Part shown: positions 39,259 through 51,418 of the stretch, in pieces | How positions within the stretch are numbered: the first letter of the stretch is position 1 | How the letters are laid out: the number at the start of each line of letters is the position of its first letter | NCBI GenBank assembly: GCA_973895155.1 | Contig: OZ316896.1 | Span: forward strand, 868,001 to 932,000 | Direction of reading: 5' to 3' | Source of the DNA: Marsupella aquatica | Lineage: Eukaryota > Plantae > Marchantiophyta | Length of the DNA: 64,000 nt | The notes under the pieces: model-generated | Told to the model about the DNA's origin: nothing | The model's database searches: none | The model's input: the letters and a program-made list of their open reading frames with translations, nothing else | Position numbers and translations under genes: made by a program

Positions 39259-42200
39259 CTCAGCTTGCCTGATGGTAATTTACCTCTGCACAACAAATGC
39301 TCCATTTACTCAGCATCCAATTTTCAACCCTGGCTTGATATCCATTCAACATTGAACAACACATTCATAGTTATTGGTGCAACTACAAATTGAGCATCCT
39401 GAATATAAGCATAGTTACCTTGATTGTCTGCTCCCTCCACAAATTTTGGGTCTGAACGTATATATTGCTGAAGCTTCTGAGATGCTTCCCCTACACCTTA
39501 AACCAATCAGGAAACCAATCCATCCTGCACGAAGAGTTCAAAACATATTAACTTATCAGAATGTAGGTCACTGAATTCGAGGAGTGTAACTGAGGCCAGG
39601 TTCATTCCCGGTGGAAATACATCCCCTGGTCGAGAGCAAACACAAGACTTAATACATAAATAAAGGAATTAAGAAAGGTAAATGAATATATATCATGCAA
39701 CATCCAATAACTAAGACCAAACTGAACAGAAGAAGAAGGAATAAAAAAAAGCTTTACATACAGTAAACAATTACAGCGTCATGGAGAACTGAGCATAAAC
39801 CAAGAAATAACATTGTGAACTCAAGAGTCAGAACTTAACATACCTTTGCAAGAATTGGTTCCAGGTTCTAGACTTACACAGATCCTAGACAAGTCGGGAG
39901 ACAAGCAACACTGTCCTCTTCTTGAACAAGCTACACAACAGAATTAATGCCAATTGAATGTCAGTTAAAGCTTTTGTTTCTCGACTGATTTTCAGCAAGT
40001 AATCTAATTCTTATTAGATTCTTCCTTTGGTTGAATAATGGAAAAAGTACTATTTCTTTTCACTTCAATATCTAGAGTGTTAAGCCATCAATCAATCCTT
40101 GCAAGCAGGTCCGCAGACAAATCTGCTTGCAAAAGAGGGGGAGGTAAATATATTATGGATTATTTGAGAGCACTGGACACTGCATTGTCTTGCACTAGAG
40201 TAGTCAAATCAAAATAGCTGGCTTGTAAACAAAACAAGATTGAGGAGCAAGTTGACAATATGTAGGGCTCGATCCCTACAAGCAAAGTGGTTGCGTAGGG
40301 CAGAGATGGCTGTCACTTTGCGCATCAGAAAGGTAAACATGACAGCATATTTCAGCTGATGTTCGCTTGAACTCTCCCAGACCAACCAAAGGGAACCCGA
40401 GATCAAAAGCGACACAAAGATTACAACACTATCTAGCAAATAAACCAAGCATCGATTAGAGTGTAGTCTAAGCGAATGAAATCAAAGTAGTCGGGAAGTG
40501 AGCGAGAACTCCACCAGATGCAGTCACCTGAGCTGAGCTTGATCAGGCAGCTCACTTGTGCTTCTTCAATTGCAGCCAGTGATAGTGCAGCACCAACAAA
40601 CCACTCGACCACACCTTCTATGAACTCATTTGCAGCCAGCAACACAGCGCAGCTTATCTCAATCTCAACTGTCTGCAAAAACTCAATCGACCTTCACCCA
40701 ACTTGATTGCAGCCAGCAATGCAGCACACCCTGACCTCCACTCAATCTTGATTTGCTGCGGATGTGCCAGTAGCGCAGCGTAGCAGCATACCCCAACCTC
40801 CACTCAGTTGCAGCAGCCGCAAATCATGACTCAATCGCAAAGCAAGAGCGACTGATCACCCAACCTTCAATCACTCAATCATAGTAGCACTTCACTCAAT
40901 CGCAGTAGCAGCTCATGCGCCCTGACAAGGTCTTCAAATGTAGCAACAACGCACCCCGATCTCATTCAATCAGCAGCCTTTGTCACAAACACATTGCCCA
41001 AGCTCTCAATCGCAGCCGCAACACCCAGTAGCTCACCCGCAGCCCACGATGCAAAGCAACTCCTTAGACTTGCTTGATCTCACTTGTAGTGCCCACAGTA
41101 CTCGCCCGATCAATTTCACTGTAATCACGACAGCACAGATTACCCGCATCGCCCGATCGCCCACTATCGCCCACTATCACCCGATCACTTTCACTCCCAG
41201 AATGACTTCAGCTGATCAAACTTGCAGGTGATCACACTCGCAACTGATCACAATCACAACTTCCACCTAAGTTTGATCAATAGAGCCACAATGCCCATCT
41301 TGTGTGTAAGCATTTCCTTCAAAAAAGCTCAAAGCAATACCCAGACCCTCACCTTAGCTCACATTGATTATGGCCGCAACCCCGGCCGCAACACCCCAAA
41401 TTTTGCATTTCCTTCGAAAAAGATCTAGGTAGCACCCAGCCCGTGGTCTGCGGCTCACCCTGTGCAATTGCTACCCTTCACAAAGCGCAGTCGTCCCTCT
41501 CCAACAGTCCCACTTAGCCCTAAACGGACAAGTAACCCTACACCATTGGATGTGGGGGATGGATCGATGGCCTCGCAAATTGGGCAAACAATTCAAACGG
41601 CTCTTGAGAGGAATTGAGGGCCCGGCCATTGTATTGTAATGCATGGCCCTAAAGGCCCTGACACTTCCTACCGTCCCCTCCCTCTCATGATCCATCTCCC
41701 GCCCACACAATTCAAAATTATCCCTCAAACCCACCACCCAACCCCCATTTTGCCCCTAAACCCTATAACCTATTTACATAAGGAAGTGCCATGTGGACCA
41801 ATTAAAAATTGACATGTGTCCCTCATATATGGCCCTCCTAAAATGCCCTATCTTAAACTAACAACTTAGATTGAAGAAGTGAGATTTTTAGCACCCCTAT
41901 TATACTTCTAAGCTTCAATATGTATTTCTCAACCCCTAAAGTTCTTCAACAAAACTTCTTAAGTATTCCGCAAAATTGAATTAAAAAACCCTATACTTAT
42001 TTGCGCGTGATGGGTCGGAAGGAAATAAGTGAGGACCCCGGGTTTGAAGTCATTTTCAAAGTAGAATGGCAAAGGCATTTTCAGAAGTAAGGTGCTTGAG
42101 TTGGAAGGACTCTTTTGAATAGGAAAGTAGCTTATGATTGCTTATAGCTTGTGGGGTTGCTAGAGTGATGATTTTAAGGTTGCTTGATATTTGTTAAGGA

Positions 42201-42454
42201 CTTTGTTGACCAAACCAAGGCAACCATGAGCAAAGTCTAAAGTATGTTAATGTTTAGGATGTTGAAAGCTATGAAGGTTTGTTGTCACCATTGGTTATTT
42301 TCTCATGCACCCGGTGTGTCTTTGACGAGGTCCTTGAGCCTCTTTTTCCACCTCTTTGCTTATCCTGAGGGCGTGCTCAACATTCTTTTCATCTGGTCCC
42401 CTTTTTTCTTGCTACTGTGTATCTCATGAATGACATAGGCTAGCCCCTAACTAA

Positions 42455-42670
42455 TACATGTCTCCCCGTTACCGCCTGGGTAATTTGGTAACATAAACAT
42501 ATAGCGTGAATTAGTCATCTATTTGGCTTGATTCACCCCATGGACGGGGGCTGAATGACGACCCTGGGGCATGCAATGTAGTCATGTCAACTACATGTCA
42601 ATTATGGTTGATGGTCTACTTCAGTCTGTGAGACACCCGATGAGACATACAAATATGATGCACCGATAGT
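42455..42670 (+). ncRNA. Intronic structured RNA motif, copy 4
   Basis: tacatGTC-TCCCCG-hairpin(ttacc/ggtaa)-caTAAACatata-hairpin(gtgaat/attcac)-ccccatgg-ACGGGGG-CTGAATGACGA-ccctgggg-hairpin(atgtag/ctacat)-tggttgatggtctactt...gatgcaccg. Confidence 0.75.
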
Positions 42671-42711
42671 CTATGCAAGTAGCTTTGCTAAGAGCTAGGT
42701 GCTGGCTCTAA

Positions 42712-43032
42712 GGGGTATTTACAAACGATAGGAAACAGCAAACAGTAACAGGAACCAGAAACTGGTAACAGGAAAATGAGTGGTAATTTTTTTTGAATTT
42801 TTTTGAAATTTTTTTTGAAATTTTTTTTTTGCCAAAAATATTTTTTTGCTAGCGCCTGGCGCTGGTAATGCTAGTGCCCAAAGCTAGCCAAAAAATTGTT
42901 GTCGACAATTTTTTTGTTTGAAAAATGTGACTTTTTAGGAAATATTTTTACATTGTTATTTTTCTGGTAACAGTAAATTTTTGTTGGTATCAGTAAATCT
43001 ATTTCCTATTTACTGTCACGCATGTCATACCC
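42712..43032. mobile_element. ~320-bp MULE-like MITE
   Basis: Direct repeat ggctctaa (42704-42711, 43033-43040). The ends are gggtat / ataccc with diverged inverted subterminal repeats. Confidence 0.7.
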
Positions 43033-44267
43033 GGCTCTAATAACTTCTCTATTTTATACTAACTTTACTAATTTTGTTCTTCATGTTTTAACACTACAAT
43101 AAGATACCAATATGCTCTTGTCGACACCACCATATTAGACTTATCTCTAGTTTTTTTTCTGACCTGATAGAATTACTTTTCTTGCTATACCCTGGTTGCT
43201 AAGATCTATCTACCCAATACATTGAAAATAGCTTTTTTCTGATATGTATCAATTTGACGCTACTTTTGTCACATGTATTACTCTATATCTTCACTAGTAG
43301 ACCCTGCTATTACTCTATACCTGATTTATCTTGATACATATCCTTTTCGTGAATTGATCCAATCATTATATGTAATTGACTTTTTTGATATCCACAATCG
43401 CGTAAGATCTTTTCATATTATTTCTTTGGCTTTACCATGTGTCACCGGCAATGTATGAAGTTCTTGTCTTGGACTACAAGGTGAAATGCATATTTACCTA
43501 AGACTATTCCCAGACCCTATTGTAGGACCATGACATGCGTTATGTGTGGACAAAGTAGCATCTTGAAGTGGTCTTGACTGGGTGTCTTATTTGCTACTTT
43601 ATAAATATTTCTCTCTTTGGATAGGAGATATACTCAAGATAATTGTTTTCTAGATATTTGTAAACTTTTAGTAAAGTGTTAATCTATTCACAAAGTAAAA
43701 CACCATGTATAATGATTGACCATATAAAGAAATATATATACAACAAATGTCTATGTATCTACAACTCCACTTGCACCCTAATATTAAATTACCATCATCC
43801 ATCGACCCTTTTCTACAACCTAGATCTAATGGTCCCTATCATTCACATACACTTTCATAATAAATAGCCTAAAAAAGTACCTCTAGCTACGGTTGCTTCT
43901 TGTGATGCCTTTCACATTACCCCAACATTATAAACAGCAACGGTATCTTCACTTTGGATCTGACGAGGAACCTTGACGGCTCTTCCTTTCATAAACATTC
44001 TCTCTGTCTTGTAATTTATGGTCTTGATCCCATAGAGCATTTACATGCAAATGTTACTGTTCTTGGTCCCTTCTGCATATCCACGCTCTCTCTGGCATGT
44101 TGTCCTATACATCTTGTGACTGCTTTTTACACACTTGTTCTAAACCAACACTCTGGCTACTTCAACAATATTCTCGTGGCTCACATGGCATGAGCACAAC
44201 AGGTGACTATTTTTGAATTTTCTTTACCCCATATATTGCTCCATTTGTTAGGCTAGCCCCCAGCTAA

Positions 44268-45125
44268 GACACGTCTCCCCATTACCACCCGGGAAAATGG
44301 TAACATAAATGTGTCACACATTGAACACCTTTTCTTTAGCTGTGGAAAAGTTGTCAACAGGTGGAAAGAGATCCAACAGCTACTGCACAGCTCCCTTGCT
44401 TTACAGTTTAACCACATATCACTCTTTGATGCTATTAACCATACCATACTAAAACACAAATGGAAACCAGGACCATTGTTGATTCTTATGGAACTCTGCC
44501 ATGACATCTGGAATGAACGGAATAATGCCAATTATTCTCAATTTTTGGGAAGACTTCCTGGATGGGTTGTGCTATGCAACATTGAACTGCACTTGAATTC
44601 CATGGTGACCACTTGCCACACTCAAAAGAAAGGAAAACAACTCCGAGAAGCTATTGAGCAACTTTAGGTTGTGCTTAAGCCATGGGCGCAGATTGATAGT
44701 CCGGTTCCTTTTAGTAATGATGACGATCTAGGAGCAAGCTCAATTGGAGTCATTGTAGTCAGGACAGTCCCAAGGAATGACAAAGGACGTGGTCCTTCTG
44801 GATTCTTTAGTTTGGCCTTTGGGGCTGTTTGTTTGGTTGCCTCTCCCACCCTAGTGGTCTTTGCCCCGGGGTTGGGTTTGTTGGGGTTCTCCCCTTTCCC
44901 CCTTCCCTCGCTTTTGGGGGTGTGGTTTTTTTGGAAAAAAGGAAAAAAAGGACAGAATTTATGCGTTACATAAAACTAGTACATTTGTTGACTAGCTTTG
45001 CCCCATGGACGAGGGCTAAATGACGACCATGTGGGTAGCAATATAGCTCTTATGTCTGCTATATTTTAGGTATGGTTGATGGTCCACTTCTAACTGGATG
45101 AATACCAGAATGAAGCACCGCTAGT
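44268..45125 (+). ncRNA. Intronic structured RNA motif, copy 5, split by an L1 fragment
   Basis: 5' half gacacGTC-TCCCCA-hairpin(ttacca/tggtaa)-caTAAAtgtgtc (44268-44315). 3' half from ~44970: aaactagt/actagcttt-cccatgg-ACGAGGG-CTAAATGACGA-ccatgtggg. The mini-exon ATGGCATGAGCACAACAG|GT lies at 44185-44202. Confidence 0.7.
44320..44960 (+). mobile_element. 5'-truncated L1-type LINE
   Basis: IEHLFFSC...W...IWNERNN (zf-RVT C-terminus). A-rich tail at 44935-44949. Degenerate TSD atgtgtcaca / atgcgttaca. Confidence 0.8.
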
Positions 45126-48100
45126 TTGACATATTGTTCTACCATGAGCAGAACGCATGTTGTAAAATAGTTTCTTTTAATAACTAATTAAGGACTAACT
45201 ACGTGGATGATTGTGATGTTGATAATACTATTGATGCAACGTTTGTGCTAACTCTGTCATTCCTTAGCAATAACTTGTATCCATCATATTCTCCTAAGCT
45301 TGATAAGGCTACATTTTGTTTGACATATTCACGGTGTATCTTTACATAGGTCAAAACTTGTCATCAGTTTCTCTAAACGTTGAATTTTATATACATGCGA
45401 ACCTAGAAGTTTTTTACTTTCCCTATTTTTTACTTTCCCTATTATCATTTTTCTTGTCTTGATTATCACCTACACCAGCGTCACTCCTTTTTAAGTCTGA
45501 ATTATCCAATAAAATACCGTATCATGATTGATCTTTTTTCCGGGCTCCACCATGTGCCATAGCTATTGTGAAGCTTTCCGTGCAAGATTGATTTGGTGAA
45601 TGACATATGAAAAGATTATCCCTAGACCCTACTATATGACTTGGTCATGTGTGTTGTATGGACACAATGGTATCTTGACAATGGCCTTGATTGGATTTTT
45701 GTCCTTATGTGATATCTCTCATAAGAATATGGGGAGGATACACAAGAAATGGAAGGCCAGGCTTGCAACAACCAATAATCTTTGTGTTAAGACCTAGCCA
45801 AACATAATCTATACAATTGCGCTAGTATGAGACCTTCAACTAGAGACCCACAACCACAACATATATACAGGCCATACATAGACCTCAGTCCAAGTATACC
45901 ACACATGGGATACAATATGATCACTAACATACAAAACAAAGATATATGTAAGATCAAAAACATCACCACCGTTGATTGATACTAGGGATCCACAAAAGGA
46001 GAAGTAATCAATGTTAATTCCACAAGCGAGTCCACAAAAGACACGTCCTCAAGTGGAGGAAGTCCATCTCTATACCCATCAAAATTCGACGATACTTGTC
46101 AATGATTTCTTGTAATTGAGGAGTCAATTGTCTTTCTTCCCACTGGCCATTCAAGTTGAGACCCAACCCTGTCCTGATCATAGCCTTCCTTGCATAGTTG
46201 ATCCCAGCTTTTTGTCGATCTGGTTGTTCACGTCTCTCACACTAGCTGCAGCTAACTCCAAAAAATATTTCTTCCCAGGGTTCTTTAACATCCCATAGTG
46301 CCCGTCAGGCCAGATCCTTGCCACTATGCATCTCGAAGCATCTCCAATTTTTTTGGTTCCCATCTCCTGGTCCAAGCGTCCTTAATTTTGCTAATGACAA
46401 ATGAATCACATGGCTGGACCAAGTGAGTAGCTGCTTCTGGAAATCTATGGATTTTTGTCTTCACTCTTTCCATAGCAGCCTCACATTGTGAGTAATTTTA
46501 TGCCGCGGGCAGTTGTCAATCCATTGTATCTTTGTGTGGCCAGAAAGAGCAGCCCAAGTTACTCGAGGCTCACTATAATACTCACTCAACAAATCTGATG
46601 TCATGAAGCTCTTTTTGCTAGTGCGGTAACAAACTTCAGACACTCTATCTGGCACCCCACGAATAGGGTAGGAGCAATTGTCATTTTGAAAAATAAAAAA
46701 TGGAGTTGCAATTTTTCTAGCCACCCCACCCGTAGTTTTCACCACCATAGTGATGCCGACTCCCTGGGCCCTTAGCTTAACTAATTTAGGGACCCTCGTG
46801 CGAACAGCTCAAGGGGTTTTTTAATCCCATTTTCAACTAATTGTTATAATTGTTATAACCTAAGAAGCCCCTATTTAATAATGCTTTTGATTATAATCAA
46901 TGTAGGGGTTATTAAAAAAATATCTCAAGTCGCATTTTGCAAGGGTATGTAATATGGGCTTGCCACACATCACCACCGGATTGGTACACGTGTCTAGACA
47001 TTGCAGAGTGGACATGGTTTAATATGTGCCCAAATACGTGCCTATAATAAGCACACTTTTGGAGAATTTATTAGATGGCTGAGATTTCTTTTATGGGTAT
47101 TGAGCGCTCTAGATTGAGGGAGTGTTTGAAGTAATGCTGGGGAGTGTTTGAACATGATGTTGGGGAGCTGGCGCCTTCTTGGAAGACTGATGCTGGCACC
47201 ACTTTGAAGGGACAAAGAAGAGCATTCTTGGAAGGAAGGAAGACCGCGCTGCTTAGGAAGGTAGGGGATGGTCCTCGTATTTACTGCTCTATGTGACTGT
47301 CAATAATTTTCTTTGTCAGGCTCTATCGTCAATAGTGGATTCACAAGAGACTTCCTTTGGTAGATTGTTCTGTCTTGGATCTTTTCTTGGAGCTATCTTG
47401 GATCTTTCTTGCATTGATTATTTTTCATCCTTCTTGATCAACTGCTCTTGTGCCTGATGATTTGCGTTGGCTGCTCTCAAAATGCGAGTAGGAATTGTCA
47501 GTATTCTAAATTTTGGTGATTGATTTTCATGCCTGGATTGTAGTCTGAGGGGTCTATGTTCTATCTTGATTTTATGTACTCGTCCAAACTTCTACCAGGA
47601 TTATGATGCCGCCATTTATATAAAACGCATTAGACGAAGAGCTTGACTCAATTGTGGCAACTGTGACACCAATCAATGGAGTTCGTGGTTGTGTGCACAG
47701 ATGTTCATGCAGATTGTCGTCTCCGGTGTTCGCTCAAATATCTTTCATAAAACCTGCAAGGTCCGGGACTCGAATCAATGCAGTGAATGGTAGACAGTCA
47801 CTGGGAAAGGGCCACGCTCCGGCTTGAGGTTCTGAGTCTGATAGGGCGCCATTATGATTTCAATTGGTGGATCGATCTGGAAGCCATCCGTAGATTTCCA
47901 TTTCGATTGATGTGATAGGCTTGGCTCCATGTGTTTGCAAATATATAATGTGAAGGACATGATTTGGGTTGCTGACATGTTGGCTTGTCGTGTATCTAGA
48001 AGGGAAGTGTATGGCCATTGACTTCGGAGCTACCGGATGGGAATGACCTTCAAGATGAGCACGGATCTGGCATGACAGCTTCTCGGATGTGTTAATATTG

Positions 48101-48779
48101 ATCGTAAAGCCCCTTGAGATTTTCCACGGTCAAACAGGTAATGATTGTGAGGTGCAAGGCGAGCTGGAGGAGAAATTGGCACCTTTTGTGAACAAGCGTT
48201 TCCACATTGCTGAGGTAATGCCACCTGTGAACCTTTCTCAGCTCCTCCTACAATTCTTCAGCTTTCTTGGAAGCATTCTCTATTGAGCGTCGTTCTTCTT
48301 GTACTGCATTCCCTCGCAGAAACTCTTCTTTGTGCGCGCCCAGCCTTAGCCGTTTATGAGGTTTCGTTGACTCCTCGCCTTTCTCCGCCTATTTCAATCG
48401 TAGATGATCTTGTTCCAGTTCACTTTTGACTACCGTACGTAGCCCCTGCAAAGTGCACATTGTTTTTTGAGTTTCATCGCTACTGTCAAGAACCTACTGA
48501 TGCTCAAATACAACGACAGATTTTCTAATAACAGCAGCTTGGCAGACTTGGGCTGCCGGCACAAATGGAAGCAAAGCATTAATTGAGACAAGAGATTCCA
48601 GTGCCATGCCAAACCCAGAAGTTGAGTTCTTTCGAATAAAAATGACCAGGTTTCTTTGAGCCACAGGTGAAGTCTCAATTCTTTAATGAATGAAAAATTG
48701 ATTGGATCTTTCATGGGGAGTTGTTGACAGTTTCTAGAAAAGTGTTTTGCCTCGGGAGTTTTCTGGTGTTGAAGCCCAA

Positions 48780-49470
48780 TCGGAATTGGCACGTTATTGC
48801 CTTTAAAGGCCGTAAGCATAGATTCGACATAGGCGCCTTGAGCCTCAGCCATGAGACAAATTCCTGCGCACACAAGACAATTCAAGGCATTACGAACCCA
48901 ACGTGAGCACATTACGTTGTTCATTGATACGATAGCACAACACCATTCTAGAGAAAGATTACCTCGACAAGGTCTTTAGAAGGACAGGTCTCTAAGTCAT
49001 ACATGCAAGACAAATGTCTGAAAGAGTTTAATTGTGCGAGACGATACCTTCAGCTTCCTTTTGTTTATTGTAGAGGAAGGCCTCGGCCTCCTTTTGTTGG
49101 CGATAGAGATAGGCATCGGCTTCTTTGAGGAGACCTTCAGCTCGCTTCTGACGATTATAGAGATCAGCGTCTGCGTCCTTCTATAATTTTTAGACATCAG
49201 CGTTGGTGGCCTGCACCTTCACCTCGTAGTCGACTGTTGCCTTCGCCAACGCATTTCCCCGAAGCCTCTCTATCTCTGCTACGAGCCTTCTTCCGCTCCA
49301 GTGCCTGCAGCAGCTCCGCATCTCGAATAGCTGTTGTCCGGCTGGATTCAATTTCCGCAATCTTAGATTGTTGCAACCATTGGGATTTCTTCATTACCAA
49401 GTTTGCATTTGAATCTGCCATTTCTGCCTCCCTTTTGTTTTCAAAAACTTTAGTCGTAGCATCCATCTAC
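48780..49470 (-). pseudogene. Captured flotillin (SPFH family) coiled-coil fragment
   Basis: KVFENKREAEMADSNANLVMKKSQWLQQSKIAEIESSRTTAIRDAELLQALE, then after a frameshift ERLRGNALAKATVDYEVKVQATN...[11 protein letters not shown], and a further exon MAEAQGAYVESMLTAFKGN. This is typical of plant flotillins. Confidence 0.85.
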
Positions 49471-49767
49471 AGATATAGATAAATCGTTTCTAGATTAGAA
49501 AATGATACTGAATCTTGAGTCGCGTTTCAAATGATTCAAATAAAGCTTAATTGATCAGGAATCGCCGTCAGGATCTGAGCACTGCCTTACCTTCAATTCT
49601 TGTTGCCGTGCCTCTGCTGTTTGAGTCTTGGTATATATTTTCGTTTTAGCTATTTTCTTTATCAGGCTTTCTTTGGTAGGGGACCACTCACATTGACTCT
49701 GCCCCCTTGAGATACTTTTGTACATGACTAATAGATCAAGGATGGTATTGCCGTGCCTAATGCAGTT

Positions 49768-49920
49768 CACAAGACTTGTTTATGCCGTGTCCTCTGGAGC
49801 TTTGTCTGGCGGCAGCATCCAAACCATTTCTTTTTCATTCAGATCACAAGACTTGTTTATGCCGTGTCCTCTGGAGCTTTGTCTGGCGGCAGCATCCAAA
49901 CCATTTCTTTTTCATTCAGA
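49768..49920. repeat. Tandem duplication of a ~77-bp unit
   Basis: cacaagacttgtttatgccgtgtcctctggagctttgtctggcggcagcatccaaaccatttc..ttcattcaga occurs twice. Confidence 0.9.
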
Positions 49921-51418
49921 CTAGCGAACGATCATTGATGTTCCACACGGATCGGCTTTTTTGCAGCAAATACATATGGAAAAGAGCAAAATTAAGCACC
50001 AGTCCTAAATTGCCTTCCCAACGTTGCATGCTTTCTTGCTCATTGCGTCTAAATGAAGTATCAACTACGATTAAAGTCCTATGTGTTACTGCTTTCTTGC
50101 TCATTGCGTCTAAACTTGAGAGTTACTTGAGACTGATGCCCTTTAGAAGTATTGAAATGTTTGGAGGATGATCGGCTGCTTTCGGTAGCAGAAATAACTA
50201 TGTCTAACCTATTTCCCGAAACTGGAACCAATTATGTGCAGGTAATTATACTTTACGACGGCCAGTGCATGGAACGCAAGAAAATATGGTCAGGCAACTA
50301 TAAAGCCATAGGACTCTAGAGCTCATCCGATCCTCAACGGTGCTATTGTGGTTAACCAGTTACGGTGAGCTTCAGAGACTCCAACATAACAACACCTTCG
50401 CCAACGAACATTAGGCCCGCAGGAGTCGGTATGTGGCTTGCTGTCCTGGATGATTTTGTGCCTGTCTGTGTGAAATCAGTCCCGAGCACTACTCTCGACA
50501 TGATTTTTTAGTTTTTGTTCTCTGATGTTGTGCATGTGGTCAGCAGTTGCTATGCAGTAAAATTTGGTTGGGTGTTCAACAAAGTACTTGGAGCAGGGCC
50601 AGAGAGGTTAGTGGTCACCCATTAATCTCCAGTTTTGTGTTACCTCATTTTTCTTCCTTGCATTTTGGACTTGAGTATTGGCTTTAACGACAGGGTGTAT
50701 TGGCATTTGCAAATTATGGTAAGAGTACATAGATATGTTCTTTATGTTTTCCTTTCAGTTTTGTCTTTCCGCTATTGCAAGTGTGGGTTTGCAGGGTTCT
50801 TGAATTCAAGTGAGACCCCAGGGAAGTAATGCCCCTGGTGGAGACTACTGGATTTTATCACCAGTTGTCTAGCGCTCCTTGAAGGAGAGGCAGGTTGCCT
50901 GGGAGGGGGGGGGGCCTTGGATTTGATCACCAATGGCAATGAGAGTTAGAGCCGGTCATAGAATTTGGGTGGTCCAAGGTGTATGGTCCAAGTTAGAACT
51001 TTTTGAGTGAGTCAATGAATGAATTGTATAGGGCACACCATGTTGGAGGAGAGGGATTGGAGTGGAGGGCCTGGCCCCGACTGCACATGTCTAGCACAAT
51101 TGGACATGTGCAGATCCCATACCTTCTTGTGCTGACATTGAAGCAGGAGTCCTTGCCAGCAAAGGGTACGTCCCTTCCCACCCGACTATAGTCGGAGAAA
51201 GCTGCATGGATCTGTCCAGCCAATCACCAAGAGAAATGGCCGGGATGGGGCAAGGCTCTCTTGGGATTGGTCCTGTGAATATGGTCTTCAAATCATTGGG
51301 GTCTCTTTAGGTCTGTGTCTATAGAAAACATTCTCTTTCAATGGGAAGCCTATCCCATGAAATAATTTCAGGATGATGTTGATTGTTTTTTTTGTGAAAG
51401 TTTTGCAGGCTTGACTCA

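Larger units (their letters stand above)
33551..42042 (-). mobile_element. P-element-like DNA transposon A (8492 bp)
   Basis: TIR ctcgggggcctca / tgaggaccccggg (11 of 13 match). Perfect 8-bp TSD tttgaagt (33543-33550, 42043-42050). Encodes a transposase and a PHD cassette. Confidence 0.9.
31966..42279. mobile_element. Unclassified ~1.8-kb insertion (hosting P-like element A) that splits an array unit
   Basis: 8-bp direct repeat tgttgtca at 31958-31965 and 42280-42287. Removing the insert restores the 18-nt mini-exon ATGGTGTTGTCACCATTG|GT upstream of motif copy 4. No TIR or ORF seen. Confidence 0.6.

Noticed and set aside
33551-42042. hAT assignment from the 8-bp TSD
   Set aside because: No hAT C-terminal dimerisation motif, no RWNS block and no (C/T)A termini. 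The motifs fit P-like transposases.
42455-42569. RNA motif as RNase MRP/P (GUCCCCG...CGGGGCU resembles helix P4)
   Set aside because: There is no GAAAG CR-I before the 5' strand and no CR-IV. The helix enclosing the 3' strand is local rather than a terminal P1.
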